A stretch of 64,000 nucleotides of DNA from a virus (IMGVR_UViG_2848581113_000005:18406-82405); one strand, 5' to 3'; shown: positions 27,084-38,416, counted from the first letter of the stretch. Made by a program: numbers and translations. The notes: a model not told the origin generated them from the sequence alone.

Positions 27084-29924
27084 CTACCGCCCTTTGATAG
27101 TACGATACAGCGCAGATGCAGGATTGTTTAGCATTTGATTAACACCAACCTCAACCATCTGCTTGAATTCACGCCTAACTGCTGCATCATTGCCGCTAGT
27201 AGATGATTGCTGCTGCTGCAAAGGCGAACTGACATTAATATCACCCATGTTGAAATTTATACCACCAGCCGCTAGTGGCTGCATTCCGTACATCTTAGGA
27301 GTTGGCGCGCTGATCGTTAAAGGTTGGGAACCGCCAACATGACCGCCAGAGGCATAACCTTTCTTGGCGCTATCCATTAAGCGATATAAGTTAGCCACAC
27401 CAAGACGCTCCACCGCTTCTTTAGTGAATACAAACTCTCCACCGTGAACGACACCTTTAGGCTCGTATTTACCACCATTTCCAGTATAACCCCCTCCAGC
27501 AAATCCAAGAGCCGCCCCGAATGAAGTGCCACCAAATGCTGCTTTCATGGCTTGCAACATAGCCATTTGCATAAGCATCTTGGTGATCATACTAAGAATG
27601 GATTTGGTAAAGTCGGCAAAATCAGCCTTGCCTGTGAGGAGGAAATCAGCCATTGAGTTACTCATGCCAGCAAATGCAGCCTGTGAGATCTGAGCAACAT
27701 TAGCATAAGTATTTGTGGCTTGATCTTGGAAGTCAGCAAAGCCTTTCTGGATGCCTTTTTGCCAATTGCTCCGTAACGCCTCTTCTTCTTCGAAGTGTTT
27801 CTTTAGCGCATCTTTTTCTTCTGGTGACTTCGCTTTTTCCAAAGCAATATCTTGTTGATAGATTCGGTCAGATTTTCCAGCACTATCAGTTAATGCTCTT
27901 GTTCGTGCATTAATTTCCTCGATTCGCTTGAATTGCTTGTCCAGCTCAGCATTCTTTTGCTTCTGTAACTCAACTTCGTCACCCACAACAGCTAATGCGC
28001 GTTGAGAAGCTAGAATGGATTCTTTTTGCAGAAGTAGTGATTGTTCATCTTGAGTCAGCTTTCTCTTTCCTTGAGCTTCTTCCAAAATGGCAATTTTGGC
28101 TTCCGTATCCCACAACTTTTTACGCTCAGAACTGATAACATCATTGATGGTCTTATGTTCTTTAAGGACTTTTAGCTGAACTTGCAGTGATAACAGAGCT
28201 TGATTTGCTGCTTCATCAGCACGAGTGCCTGCATCAACCTTGAATTTAGGCTCTTTTGGAGGTTTTTTTCCAGTACCGGGCATTTTACGGTCCCGGTACT
28301 TATAGTTAATCATTTTCTTCGCTTCTTGATACTGCTCCTCAGTTAATGCGTATTTTTCGGCTTTTAGTTTCGCTAACTCTTCATTTCTTTTGGTTTCCCA
28401 ACTCGAATAATTATTATGCCATTTTTGGCGAATTCTAAATTTTTCAACCTCTATCTGCTCTGTATTCTTTTTAGATTGCTCACTAGCATTCTTAATATCA
28501 ATTTGAAATTTTTCTTCTTTGAGAGCTTCTATTTCTTTTTTCAGTCCATCAATTCTATATTGTGGCGTGATGAATAAATTACTCAGACTTCTCAGCAACT
28601 CTTCTTTTTCGCGTATTTGTTCCTCTAACGTGTTTTTCCGACCTTTATTAAGCATTGCATCCCAAGCGCTTTTAGCGGCATTTTGGATACCCACCCACGC
28701 AGATTCCAAATACCCTAAATTCTGGGTGATATCTCTTGCTCCATCGTTAATGGATTGAGCGTAGGCATCAATAGCGACTCTGGCTGCCTCTGTTTTATTG
28801 CCTTGCAATTCTAAGGTACGAATTTGCTCCAGCTGTGCAACGGTTAAATGGTGATTAGCTTTCTCCAATTCCAGCGACATTTTTAGCGGTTCATCCTGCA
28901 ACCGTTGAAACTGGCTGATTGTCGTCTCAACGGCCTGCCCGGTAATGTAATTCATCTGGGCTGCTGCCTTAGCAATACGGGATATTTCATTGTCTCTGAA
29001 TAACCCTGTACCAACGACACTTGAGATAGATGCGGCCATTTCAGACCGAGTTATCCCGCCACCCACCATCACTCGGGCCATTTCATTGAGCTGTCCGGCT
29101 GTTTTATTCGCGTAATTGCCCGTTAAAATGAGCTGTTTATTAAATTGAGTAAATTCCTTTTCTGCATCATAAGCAGCCTTGGCAATCCCTCCCACCGCAG
29201 TAACAACCAGACCAATACCTCCACCCCGCAATAACCCTCCCATACCAAGAGTATTTGCGATATTTTTTAGATTATTAATAGCGGACTTATTTTTTCCGTC
29301 TAAATCACCGGTGGCCTTGCTCGTTTCTTTTAGTTTATTGATATAAATCTCTGCCGCAGAACTGACGCCTAATTGCGCGGCTCGATGCCTCAGTAGCTCA
29401 TTACGGCTCAGGTTTTGAGTTGCCAACTGGTCTTTTAATCTGGCAAGAAACATCTGACCCGCAGCTGATTGTTTCGCATCAGCATCTGCCATCTGTTTCT
29501 TTTTGCCAATAATGTCAGACAGAATATTGCGGTAAGACTCAAGGTCTAACTTTTCGGATTGCCGGGCTTTTCTGGCCGCAGCCTGAATTTTGGTTAACTG
29601 TTCTGACGCAGTGGCATTACGTTTAATAGCATCGATTTGTTTAAAGAACGACTCCGCGACTTTATCCTGTTCCGCCGCAAGAGTCTTTGAGGCTGACGCT
29701 GCTTGCCGTTCCTTGGTGGCCAAATCCGCAATACTTTTGTGTATCCGGTCAATTTCTTTCGCCATTGCCGCAGAAGCTGCGGACTGCTTTTCCGATTGCC
29801 CTGTTAACTGGCCTGTGGCGTTACTGGCCTTTTCAGCCGCATCTTTGAATGAGTTTAACTTCTGCTCGCCTCTCTCCAGATCAGAGGTATTCACCTTTAA
29901 TGAAATAGTCGCTACATCAGTCAT
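27084..29924 (-). CDS. Tail tape measure protein
   Basis: Long helical Ala/Lys/Gln-rich protein; FNKQLILTGNYA; GGYTGNGGKYEPKGVVHGGEFVF. Confidence 0.95.
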   Translation of the reverse strand: MTDVATISLKVNTSDLERGEQKLNSFKDAAEKASNATGQLTGQSEKQSAASAAMAKEIDRIHKSIADLATKERQAASASKTLAAEQDKVAESFFKQIDAIKRNATASEQLTKIQAAARKARQSEKLDLESYRNILSDIIGKKKQMADADAKQSAAGQMFLARLKDQLATQNLSRNELLRHRAAQLGVSSAAEIYINKLKETSKATGDLDGKNKSAINNLKNIANTLGMGGLLRGGGIGLVVTAVGGIAKAAYDAEKEFTQFNKQLILTGNYANKTAGQLNEMARVMVGGGITRSEMAASISSVVGTGLFRDNEISRIAKAAAQMNYITGQAVETTISQFQRLQDEPLKMSLELEKANHHLTVAQLEQIRTLELQGNKTEAARVAIDAYAQSINDGARDITQNLGYLESAWVGIQNAAKSAWDAMLNKGRKNTLEEQIREKEELLRSLSNLFITPQYRIDGLKKEIEALKEEKFQIDIKNASEQSKKNTEQIEVEKFRIRQKWHNNYSSWETKRNEELAKLKAEKYALTEEQYQEAKKMINYKYRDRKMPGTGKKPPKEPKFKVDAGTRADEAANQALLSLQVQLKVLKEHKTINDVISSERKKLWDTEAKIAILEEAQGKRKLTQDEQSLLLQKESILASQRALAVVGDEVELQKQKNAELDKQFKRIEEINARTRALTDSAGKSDRIYQQDIALEKAKSPEEKDALKKHFEEEEALRSNWQKGIQKGFADFQDQATNTYANVAQISQAAFAGMSNSMADFLLTGKADFADFTKSILSMITKMLMQMAMLQAMKAAFGGTSFGAALGFAGGGYTGNGGKYEPKGVVHGGEFVFTKEAVERLGVANLYRLMDSAKKGYASGGHVGGSQPLTISAPTPKMYGMQPLAAGGINFNMGDINVSSPLQQQQSSTSGNDAAVRREFKQMVEVGVNQMLNNPASALYRTIKGR

Positions 29925-29962
29925 TTTGTTTCCTTCGGGTATAAAAAACCTCCCGAAGGAGG

Positions 29963-30721
29963 TTATGCAACGTTTGGATAAATGAGCTTCATCTGGCCTT
30001 TTATGTTGAATGCTGCCATGCACCTAGCTTCGAAGTCTTTATAATCAATACAACTTTTCGCAATGTTAGTGATCGCAGTCATTTGAGTACCAACAGAATG
30101 TAGCGCTTCATCTTTCAGGAATTGATGTATCTTTTCGCCACTGTCTTTTGCTGATTCTTTGGCTGCTTCATAGACATAATCAGGCAAAGCAACACCATAG
30201 ACCCATTTAGCCGTAATTTGCCCAAATAACGCAGGGCTGCCGCCAACATGACCAAAGTATGGAAGCCCAGTCATCTTTGATAGCGCTTGGTAATACGGTT
30301 CTTGGAATCGTTTTTCCCACGTTGTTGGTTCTTGGTAGGTTAATAGCCCGATAACCTGATCTTCTGTTAACGTCAGGTTCTGCGCCATCAGCATATTTTT
30401 GATGTGGCGGTCACATGCTCTGGCAAATTTAGGGGAGAGCCAGCGAGCGAATTCAATAACCAGTTCAGGATGAATCCAAGTACCGCCATAACGTCCTTTT
30501 TCAGTTCTAACTAAAAGACGGGAAATCCCGCCTTTAGAATTTATTGCTTCTATATCAAGTTCTTCACCAATTTCTTTTAAGTACTCTTTGGTTGAATCCA
30601 ATCTCAACCAATCAAATACCTTTTTCCCAAAATGCGTTGCAGCAGTAGTCGCATTAGCCCAACATTCGTTACTAAATGGAAATAGTTGTTCGTCGTACTT
30701 CATAGGGATTATTTTTGTCAT
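29963..30721 (-). CDS. KilA-N domain protein with a P63C-like C-terminus
   Basis: WANATTAATHFGK...WLRLDSTKEY...GGTWIHPELVIEFARWLSP; WEKRFQEPYY. Confidence 0.85.
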   Translation of the reverse strand: MTKIIPMKYDEQLFPFSNECWANATTAATHFGKKVFDWLRLDSTKEYLKEIGEELDIEAINSKGGISRLLVRTEKGRYGGTWIHPELVIEFARWLSPKFARACDRHIKNMLMAQNLTLTEDQVIGLLTYQEPTTWEKRFQEPYYQALSKMTGLPYFGHVGGSPALFGQITAKWVYGVALPDYVYEAAKESAKDSGEKIHQFLKDEALHSVGTQMTAITNIAKSCIDYKDFEARCMAAFNIKGQMKLIYPNVA

Positions 30722-30894
30722 CGTAAGTACCTTTAGGTGATAGAGTCTGTTCACGTAGGAATGAGCGACCCAAGACGGTACGATGACAACCATCGCCCAC
30801 CCTCAGACTCTATCCCTTAAGACTCTCGGTTTTGCGCCCGTGACAGCGCCAGAAATGAAAAAACCTCCACTAGGGAGGTCATTGAATGGATTGA

Positions 30895-31196
30895 TTATTT
30901 CTTATGCATGACTTCGAGTGACTTCATCTCCATTACCCGAATATCGTTAAATACGGTCGCCCTGTCTTTGATGTTGAGGTAATCCATGACCTGATTTAAT
31001 GGCGTGTAATCCAGCCCTGTCGCACCGTTCATACCTACGCGCCACTGTGTTCGCATGGCGCTGAACACGAGGTATGAATCCCAGATATCAGGCCACACCT
31101 CAACATCATATTCCTCGGGAATGAAGCCAAATGCCCGTTCAAAATCTGCGGCATCTTTTGCATTCATTCCTCCATACATGGATTCAGCGACCGCAA
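30895..31196 (-). CDS. Tail assembly chaperone, frameshift extension (gpT-like, DUF1799)
   Basis: TQWRVGMNGATGLDY; open in the -1 frame from the slippery site. Confidence 0.8.
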
Positions 31197-31499
31197 TCAG
31201 TTTTTTTCGCGATGACCCAATAATTCGTTGTAATACGTGGTCGTGATTGCCGTTGTAGCTGACGGGTAGTTGTCCAGCAGTAACTTGAGATTATCCACGT
31301 TATAGGGTTCTGCTATCGCCCAGTCAGCAATAATTTGCTCAAAAAAGGCCTGCGCGGGCATTTCACGCATGTTATCCAGCTCACTGATAGGTTTGTGATG
31401 AAAGGTGAAGGTGACAACCTCGGGGATTTCTTGCCCTGCGACGGGGATCTGAACATCTGCCTTGAATTTGGGGTTAGGAACGAGTGTAAACTTGGCCAT
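31197..31499 (-). CDS. Tail assembly chaperone (gpG-like)
   Basis: MAKFTLVPNPKFKADVQIP...REKN; ends GAA AAA AAC TGA. Confidence 0.85.
   Translation of the reverse strand: MAKFTLVPNPKFKADVQIPVAGQEIPEVVTFTFHHKPISELDNMREMPAQAFFEQIIADWAIAEPYNVDNLKLLLDNYPSATTAITTTYYNELLGHREKN
31200..31206 (-). other. Programmed -1 frameshift heptamer A AAA AAC
   Basis: XXXYYYZ just before the stop; the -1 frame reads LIAVAESMYGG into the next ORF. Confidence 0.8.
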
Positions 31500-31539
31500 C
31501 TAAAAAATCCTCAAAAGAAAAGCCCCAGAGGGGCTAACA

Positions 31540-32199
31540 TTATTCTGCATTGGTATAAATCTGCATTTCTGATTTAAGGGAAAAGCGGGCGGTGACGTTT
31601 TCTACTTCATTCATTGCCGTATTGGGTACACGCTGGAACGAAACGGAAGCAGTGTAATAGCGGTCTTCTGCGGCACGTTTGTTGTAGAATCGAATGGCCG
31701 TGATTTGCTTACTGTCATCCAGCCTCATCAGTAACTGACGAATGGGCAACTTAGCATCATGCGCAAAGGTATAGACCTGAACGACTCCATTTTTATAGGT
31801 GTCGATGGTTTCTGCCTGTTCGTCTTCCAAAAACTGAACTTCCTGCGTTTGCTGCTCGCCGCCCTCGGTTGAAAGCGTCATTACCTGTGGCATGACTTCC
31901 CAAGCCAGTACTTTCTTCAATGATCCCGCTCCACCTCCCGCAGGAAATACATTTTTATCTGAGGTGTCCAATCCCTCAAGCGTGATACTTTTTTCAGTCA
32001 CCGTTTTGACACGATATACGCCAGAGGCTTTCTTCCAGCCAGAACTGACATGAACGATATCTCCCTTAGTAATACCCGCAGCGGAGTCTGGTGTTAGCAC
32101 AACTTCTTCTGCGTTAGATGCTGCGGAGAATTTCACTTCATCCCCGTATTTGCTAGCAAGGTAAACACGGGAACCATTGGGAATGTTATAGGCCATCAT
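31540..32199 (-). CDS. Major tail tube protein
   Basis: YNIPNGS..., SNAEEVV, FPAGGGAGS, GGEQQ; position in the tail module. Confidence 0.88.
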   Translation of the reverse strand: MMAYNIPNGSRVYLASKYGDEVKFSAASNAEEVVLTPDSAAGITKGDIVHVSSGWKKASGVYRVKTVTEKSITLEGLDTSDKNVFPAGGGAGSLKKVLAWEVMPQVMTLSTEGGEQQTQEVQFLEDEQAETIDTYKNGVVQVYTFAHDAKLPIRQLLMRLDDSKQITAIRFYNKRAAEDRYYTASVSFQRVPNTAMNEVENVTARFSLKSEMQIYTNAE

Positions 32200-32242
32200 T
32201 AACCTCTTTTATGCATAAAAAAAGCCGCTATCGGCGGCGGTA

Positions 32243-32644
32243 TTATCGAACTGAATCACATCGGTATGATGTACGTATGGGAAGGGTGTAGTTAGTGCCA
32301 TCCTGAATAGACGGAAAAAGAGCTGGCTCATCGTTAAGGTATAAATCATCAGCTAATGACAGGCCGTTCTGTAAATAACCAGTCACCCGGTCAGCAATCT
32401 GCATTAAGACAGCATCACCTGAGCCAGATTTACCAACAACATTCATCTGAATCACGCCACGAAAGACAGGCATATCTAGCGACAGTCCGATATTTTGCGG
32501 TGTCGCAGGCATAATATGCAGTTGCAGATATGTCTCATTAATGTCATCAAACGGCATGTTGGGCCACGCCACCTTGAGGCTTTCCCGCTTGGCTATGTTT
32601 GCAACCAGCCTTCGAATAGCATTATTTATCGCTGACTGATTCAT
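32243..32644 (-). CDS. Tail terminator-like protein
   Basis: VAWPN, RGVIQMNVV; upstream of the tail tube gene. Confidence 0.75.
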   Translation of the reverse strand: MNQSAINNAIRRLVANIAKRESLKVAWPNMPFDDINETYLQLHIMPATPQNIGLSLDMPVFRGVIQMNVVGKSGSGDAVLMQIADRVTGYLQNGLSLADDLYLNDEPALFPSIQDGTNYTLPIRTSYRCDSVR

Positions 32645-33222
32645 GGTTTTGTCTCCGTCACTGCCTCGCTAAAGAATTTCTGGAATTCCTGTGCGGTGAC
32701 GGCGATCATGCCATTGGGCGCCTGTGTTGAGTGCCCCATTTCAAGACGATAAGCATAAGGAACAACATTGGAGAAATAGACAGCTTTGACACCAACCTTA
32801 AACTGCCCAATCACCAACTCCCCCACGGCTTTGGTCATAGTGCCACTTTTATCAATGCGTCCGGTTTCTTCCGTCGGGATATCATCAAAGGTGACCTGCC
32901 AGTTACCCCGGAATCGACCGCCGGTATAACCCGGAGGTGCTTTGATATCCATAGAATCCTGTGAGCGAGCGCGTTTCTTTAGCTGCCGTTTTTTGGGTGT
33001 CAGATTACTGGGGTCTGAACGCTGATGTTCATTCCAGTCATGAACCGCCTGATTGTATTCTCTCGCCGTTTGGTTGATTTTCCACAGTTCGGGATTCCCC
33101 ACCGGTGACATGATAACCAATCGCGACAGTATCTTGATAAATGCCCCTCTTGATGCCGCCTCAATATTACCTTTGGCTTTATTCACAAACGCATCAATGG
33201 ATGCCATAAACGGATCTGCCAT
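32641..33222 (-). CDS. Neck/tail completion protein (HK97 gp10-like)
   Basis: SPVGNP, GGRFRGNW, PYAYRLEMGHSTQAPNGM. Confidence 0.8.
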   Translation of the reverse strand: MADPFMASIDAFVNKAKGNIEAASRGAFIKILSRLVIMSPVGNPELWKINQTAREYNQAVHDWNEHQRSDPSNLTPKKRQLKKRARSQDSMDIKAPPGYTGGRFRGNWQVTFDDIPTEETGRIDKSGTMTKAVGELVIGQFKVGVKAVYFSNVVPYAYRLEMGHSTQAPNGMIAVTAQEFQKFFSEAVTETKP

Positions 33223-33223
33223 A

Positions 33224-33577
33224 TCACGCCCTTAACTGAGATTGATAACACAGCACGATATCAGCAGGCTTGATTGGGTTAGGCTCAATAATCCTCAGCC
33301 AGACTTCATCCACCAGCACCAAATCGCCTTTAGCTATCTGAGTGTCTGGAGAAAAGACCATCTTGATATCCGTAGACAACACTAAAGAGCCGTCAATTTC
33401 ATTAGGGCTATATCGAGTCTTTACACCGACAACATTAAATTGACTCTCCAGTTCGTGATGCTCTTTGCCCTCATCATCAACCCAATGTCGCCCGGCACGC
33501 TTCACCTGAAATTGAGCGCCATATTTTTTCAGTAATCGCTCAGTCGTTTTCTGCATTCTGGGATAGAAAGCTGCCAT
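33224..33577 (-). CDS. Head closure protein
   Basis: RLLKKYG, IDGSLVLSTD; synteny. Confidence 0.7.
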   Translation of the reverse strand: MAAFYPRMQKTTERLLKKYGAQFQVKRAGRHWVDDEGKEHHELESQFNVVGVKTRYSPNEIDGSLVLSTDIKMVFSPDTQIAKGDLVLVDEVWLRIIEPNPIKPADIVLCYQSQLRA

Positions 33578-33578
33578 A

Positions 33579-34061
33579 TCACCCCCTGAATACTTTAAAT
33601 GTCATCCCACCACCGGATAAGAAATCACGCAGCATTGAGTTAAACCAAGTGATGTTTGGCGAGCCCGAGTTAGTGCCCTCCGCATACGTGACCGACACAG
33701 CCCCACTCACGGATTCAGACAGTACCTCACCACCCACCGTAGGCGTTAAATCGTGTTCCAACGAATCGATCGCCAGCCGACACTGAGCATGAGTCAACGG
33801 CAGAGGAATAGCATCATCTGGCACTAATTCCCCATCAACATAAATTCCTTTACGCGGGAAAGCCAACGACTGATTTTTATTGGTTCGGTTTCCTTTCCAA
33901 CGCTTTGTTGCCAGATAATCCATCGCCTGAAACAGCAACGACGGCAGAACGCTATCATCCGGCAGGGTATAACCTCGCTGAACGGCAAACTGCTTTAAGT
34001 CCTCAACACTGGCGTAACTATTGAAGGTTGGCGAGTGTTTATCGGCATCAATCATGTTCAC
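33579..34061 (-). CDS. Head-tail adaptor protein
   Basis: NSYASVEDL, AMDYL, QSLAFPR, VSVTY. Confidence 0.75.
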   Translation of the reverse strand: MNMIDADKHSPTFNSYASVEDLKQFAVQRGYTLPDDSVLPSLLFQAMDYLATKRWKGNRTNKNQSLAFPRKGIYVDGELVPDDAIPLPLTHAQCRLAIDSLEHDLTPTVGGEVLSESVSGAVSVTYAEGTNSGSPNITWFNSMLRDFLSGGGMTFKVFRG

Positions 34062-34095
34062 CTCAAAAAAATAAAGGGGCAGATGCCCCTATTTG

Positions 34096-35106
34096 TTATT
34101 GACCGTCGGCCGTATTCTTCCCTTTACTACCAGAAACAGGTTTACCACTTAACACTGCCGCGAACGGGACGTTTTTACGGTCAAACTTACGCTCCCAATT
34201 AGTCGCTTTGGCAATATCAGTGATTGACGGGGTTTTGTTTGGGTCTTCCTCACCCAACCAACTGAAACCAGCGGGTTGCAGGATAAAGGTTTTGCGTTCC
34301 CACAATACCTCAGCCCCACCTCCATTACCGCCTGATGCCTTACGGTCTAATTCAACCGGGGTATGAGGATTACCGCTGCCGTAACCAAATGCACCACCGC
34401 CGAAGAAAACAGTCAGATAGCGCCCATCTTCATATTTCAGGCTGTCATCCATAAACAGCGGCTTGCCCAGATAGGTTTGCAAAATAATACGGCCTTCCGA
34501 ATCGCGAATGGTTTCAATCAGGTTCTTGGTCGCCATCTGTTTCATAACCACGGAGTGGACACCGATAGCGCTGAATGTGTCGGCGGCATCACCGGCTGTA
34601 AATGCCGCGTCAATCAGATTGTCGGCTGAAATTTCATCACCACCTTGGATCACCATGTCGCTACCATCCTTCGCAATGTTACTGCCGATAATCCCACGTG
34701 CAGTACCAATCAGATAGCGTTGCCATTGGCGAGTCCAGTAGGTCCCGAAGCGGTTACGGATATGCGCCATGGGTTCACTGTTTGCCAGTTCTGCGGCCAA
34801 GTCCGCCACACCGTAGCCTTTGTTCAAGAATAAAACGCGTGTTTTCAGACTGGATTGACTGGCTTTCCCTACCGCACCGATTTGGTCAGGGTTATCCGAG
34901 GTTGCATTAGGCGCTTCATTTGCGTCTAAATCATTCCAGTAGTTGATCGTTGCTGTTCCCTGACTATCAGAAGCAATAGCGTCTAATTGAGGCAGGCGAG
35001 TAATGATACCAGATTCAAATACAGCGGTTTTTTCCGGGCTGTTCACCGGTGCAATGGCTTGATAATAATCACCACGAAAAATATCGGATAAACGAGTTGT
35101 TGGCAT
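34096..35106 (-). CDS. Major capsid protein
   Basis: TTRLSDI, YWNDL, YWTRQWQ, NWERKFDRKNV; follows the scaffold gene. Confidence 0.88.
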   Translation of the reverse strand: MPTTRLSDIFRGDYYQAIAPVNSPEKTAVFESGIITRLPQLDAIASDSQGTATINYWNDLDANEAPNATSDNPDQIGAVGKASQSSLKTRVLFLNKGYGVADLAAELANSEPMAHIRNRFGTYWTRQWQRYLIGTARGIIGSNIAKDGSDMVIQGGDEISADNLIDAAFTAGDAADTFSAIGVHSVVMKQMATKNLIETIRDSEGRIILQTYLGKPLFMDDSLKYEDGRYLTVFFGGGAFGYGSGNPHTPVELDRKASGGNGGGAEVLWERKTFILQPAGFSWLGEEDPNKTPSITDIAKATNWERKFDRKNVPFAAVLSGKPVSGSKGKNTADGQ

Positions 35107-35123
35107 AAATTGATACTCCTAAT

Positions 35124-35828
35124 TTACTGAGTTTTTTGGAGGCGTTTAAATTCCTCGGGATCTTCATCAAATAAACGGATGCGTTCAGCTTCCGTATAGT
35201 CGTGCCAAGTTCTACCGCCGCCCCGAGCAACAGTCTGGCGCTGACCTTCACCTCCGGTTCCGGTCGCTTTACTGCCGATAACAACAGGCGCAAACAGCTT
35301 GTTGCCACGAAATTCTTTTTCTAAATCGTCAATAGTGAGTGCTGACGGCTTGCCTTCCGCATCAATCACACGCGTTTTTCCCTCTTCAACAATGAGACGT
35401 GATTTGATATGAGGAAGAAGTAACGCTGCACTGTCACCCGCCAGTTTCGCCGCCAGAGACTGCGCCACGTTATCCACCAGCAAGGTGCGCAAATTGCCGT
35501 CTTTTTCGTCGAGTTGGGCTAACAGTTCTTTTTCACGGGCAGAGAGTTTTTCGGCCCAGCTTTTTTCCAATGCTTCAATGTCACCGTTCTTGCGGGCTTG
35601 TTCCTCAGCGGCTTTCTTTGCGGCCTCTTCCGCCTGTCGGCGTTTCTCCTGCTCCGATTTCTTTTCAGAAAGCAGCTCATCCACTTTTTTTTGCAGACCG
35701 GAGACATCGGGAATGTCTGGCATCCCTTCAATATGCAACTGATATTGATCGCCCTGCGCTTTGTACATGGCTTTTTGCTCATCCGTTAGCGCCTCAAATT
35801 CTTCTTTCGTTAATAAAAATTTAAACAT
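35124..35828 (-). CDS. Scaffolding protein
   Basis: Coiled coil SGLQKKVDELLSEKK, GDIEALEKSW, SKATGTGG. Confidence 0.75.
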   Translation of the reverse strand: MFKFLLTKEEFEALTDEQKAMYKAQGDQYQLHIEGMPDIPDVSGLQKKVDELLSEKKSEQEKRRQAEEAAKKAAEEQARKNGDIEALEKSWAEKLSAREKELLAQLDEKDGNLRTLLVDNVAQSLAAKLAGDSAALLLPHIKSRLIVEEGKTRVIDAEGKPSALTIDDLEKEFRGNKLFAPVVIGSKATGTGGEGQRQTVARGGGRTWHDYTEAERIRLFDEDPEEFKRLQKTQ

Positions 35829-35914
35829 CGTCAACCTCAGGTTTTGATGATGCAGTCGCTGACTGCGGGTAATAAAAAAGGCCACCGAAGTGACCTTATG
35901 ACCATGTTAGCTGA

Positions 35915-37035
35915 TTAGTCATAACCAGCTTCCCTGAATGCTTGTCCGTCAATCTCTTTCAGTTTCGCCAGTGAGATAAACTCGCCCTTGTCTGTATAGA
36001 ATTGCGAAGGATGCATACCCCCTCTTGCATGAGTCGGTAGCGCACTTCACCAAAGACTTGCTTTTGTCTCCATGCAGGTTGCCGCTGTATCCATTCAAGA
36101 AATGTCGTTTCGGTGGGCACTTGACCATCCATTGATGCTCGAGTTCCTTCGTTCATTTCATCAACATCAATGCCAAGTTCGCGCCAGGATTTCACGACCA
36201 ATGTTTCGATTGAGCGACAATTAAAATGAAGTTTACCGGGGCCTTGCAGATACGGAACTTTGTGACCGATAGGCTTTCCATTCAGCGTATATTTAAGTCC
36301 GTCACGCACAATGCAATCATGGGAAGTTTTATTATCTAGCGTGGACACCCAGCACTTGCAATCCAGAATAGCTTTGTTGGCTTCAACAAACTGATTTCTT
36401 GCCGTGGCTTGTAAGTGATTGATGGCGGTCTTGGCGATACTAGTCGCATTGGCCCGGCTAATTTGCAATGCGCCATCTTTGTAACCCTGATTAGCATGAC
36501 CGCGTATTTTTCGCCCTATGTCTACCGCACTCTCCCCGTTAAGGTAACCCTTACGTACCGTGTTATTAATACGGGCCATCCGATCTTTTTCCAGCCCCTC
36601 CGCCCATTCAGACAGTAATTTGCCTTGGAAGGGGCGAGACATCACCGAAGAATACAGCATATCTTCTGTGATGCTCATGAGCGGGTACTGCCTGAGTACG
36701 GCATTAGGCAGCAGGGAATCAAATAAAGAAGGATAGAAACTAATCTCATAACGAACGTGTTCCAGCATTTCACGAGACAACACTGACAGTGCATTATCGA
36801 CAGCATTTTTATTAATTACCCTGACGCTGAATAGCAATGATTCTAATTTTCGCACCGTAAAACTGTTTGCATCCATGTTTGTGTCATCCAGTGCCACTAT
36901 TAACGAGGCAGTTAACTGTGCATCAAACTCATTCAATGCCTTAACCACCCGACGCGCAACACCTGTTGAATAACGCCCAGAAAACAGGGAATGTGCAATC
37001 AACTCATCCATGATGGTTTCGTTGATGGATTTCAT
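35915..37035 (-). CDS. Minor head protein (SPP1 gp7 / Mu F family) with a 1-bp frameshift near the 3' end
   Basis: WVSTLDNKTSHDC, HFNCRS; one extra G at 36018-36022 gives ...EGGMHPSQFYTDKGEFISLAKLKEIDGQAFREAGYD ending at 35915. Confidence 0.8.
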
Positions 37036-37039
37036 TTAT

Positions 37040-38416
37040 CTACCCCAGCATGTCAGGTTCTTTATTTCGGAGTTGATCTTCGATAGCCTCCGGCAATTCG
37101 TCCTGTGGAACAATGTTGATGCTTTGCAGGTATCGAATGAAATCGACCTTACGCATTTCGCCAGACTGGACAGCAGATAGCAGCGTGGAAATGGCCGCAG
37201 AATCAAGCTGGGCAATGTCATAGACTTTGTTCAACTCAATTGTGGCTCCCCCTGCACCAGCGAATTGAACGCAGAACTGGAGCGCCCGGCTAAATGCTTG
37301 TTCAACATTGCCGGCACATAGCGATAAAATGGAGTTATCCGTCTGCGCCTCGTTTTGTGCCTGTGTAGCTGTTCGTGCCGATGTGCCGCGCTCCACCAGT
37401 TTAGCCCCCAGCATGGCCATCTGCTTTTCCCGGCGCTCAGCTACGGTGATTTGGATATTGCGCTCTTCAGGTTGGGCGAATTTCATATCACCGTTTGGCG
37501 GCAGCAATATTCCATTACGTGACCCCACCGTAAAGCCATCAGAAAAATATTTATCCGCCCATACTTCGGTCAGTCCCGTCAAGGCCACCATCGGCTGCCC
37601 TACTGTATGGGCTGATTCTGCAATATCGGCTTCAGCCTGATAATGTTTGATATTCACATAGGCAATATCCGCCAGTGGTGGTGCATCCGGTGTGTGATCA
37701 TTGTTCATTGAGCCTATCCATGACCACGGCAATTCAAATAATGGCTGACCTGTTGCATCTTTCAGTTCCACCCAGTCATGCGCAATCAAATTGCCGTCCT
37801 GATACCAGTGTCGTGAATATGCCCGCCCCTCAATGAGCCTCAACTCAATCCAGTGATCAATCAGTTGCAAATCAAAGTTATCCGTGTCCTTCGGCTCTTT
37901 ATAATGCACCACCACCAGCGATGTTTTCCCGTTGGTCACCCGCCAGTTAATAATTTCCTTGGCGGTAAATAATCGGATATAGGGGCGTCCTTTTTCAGCC
38001 TCTGATTGAATGCCCGAACCAGAAAAATCACTCAATAAACCTGCTCGCCCGCGCTGTAATACTTGGGATAACGCATCGCGTATCATCTGTGTTAATGGCT
38101 GGCCTTCACCATCAATATCCGTTTCCAGATACTCAATGCCCCCGGAGATATCAATTTTGACGGGTTTATTGAATGCAATACCCAATAACCCACTCAGGGT
38201 GCGCCCCGTCGCGTTGATAAATGACGCCCGGAGCAAATAACGCTCATAGCGCTTATTACTTGCATCATCCTTCTCTTTCTTATCTGCCGGATGGGGCAAG
38301 TACCTTTCTTTCCGGCTCTTAATCACCCGTTCGCCATCAACACAATCGCCGATCATGTTCCATTCTGACAAAAACTCGGTGTAGGCCGGATGTCTGTAAT
38401 CAACGTTTGTGCTCAT
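37040..38416 (-). CDS. Portal protein (DUF4055-type)
   Basis: YERYLLRASFINATGRT, PPLADIAYVNIKHYQ; directly after TerL. Confidence 0.88.
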   Translation of the reverse strand: MSTNVDYRHPAYTEFLSEWNMIGDCVDGERVIKSRKERYLPHPADKKEKDDASNKRYERYLLRASFINATGRTLSGLLGIAFNKPVKIDISGGIEYLETDIDGEGQPLTQMIRDALSQVLQRGRAGLLSDFSGSGIQSEAEKGRPYIRLFTAKEIINWRVTNGKTSLVVVHYKEPKDTDNFDLQLIDHWIELRLIEGRAYSRHWYQDGNLIAHDWVELKDATGQPLFELPWSWIGSMNNDHTPDAPPLADIAYVNIKHYQAEADIAESAHTVGQPMVALTGLTEVWADKYFSDGFTVGSRNGILLPPNGDMKFAQPEERNIQITVAERREKQMAMLGAKLVERGTSARTATQAQNEAQTDNSILSLCAGNVEQAFSRALQFCVQFAGAGGATIELNKVYDIAQLDSAAISTLLSAVQSGEMRKVDFIRYLQSINIVPQDELPEAIEDQLRNKEPDMLG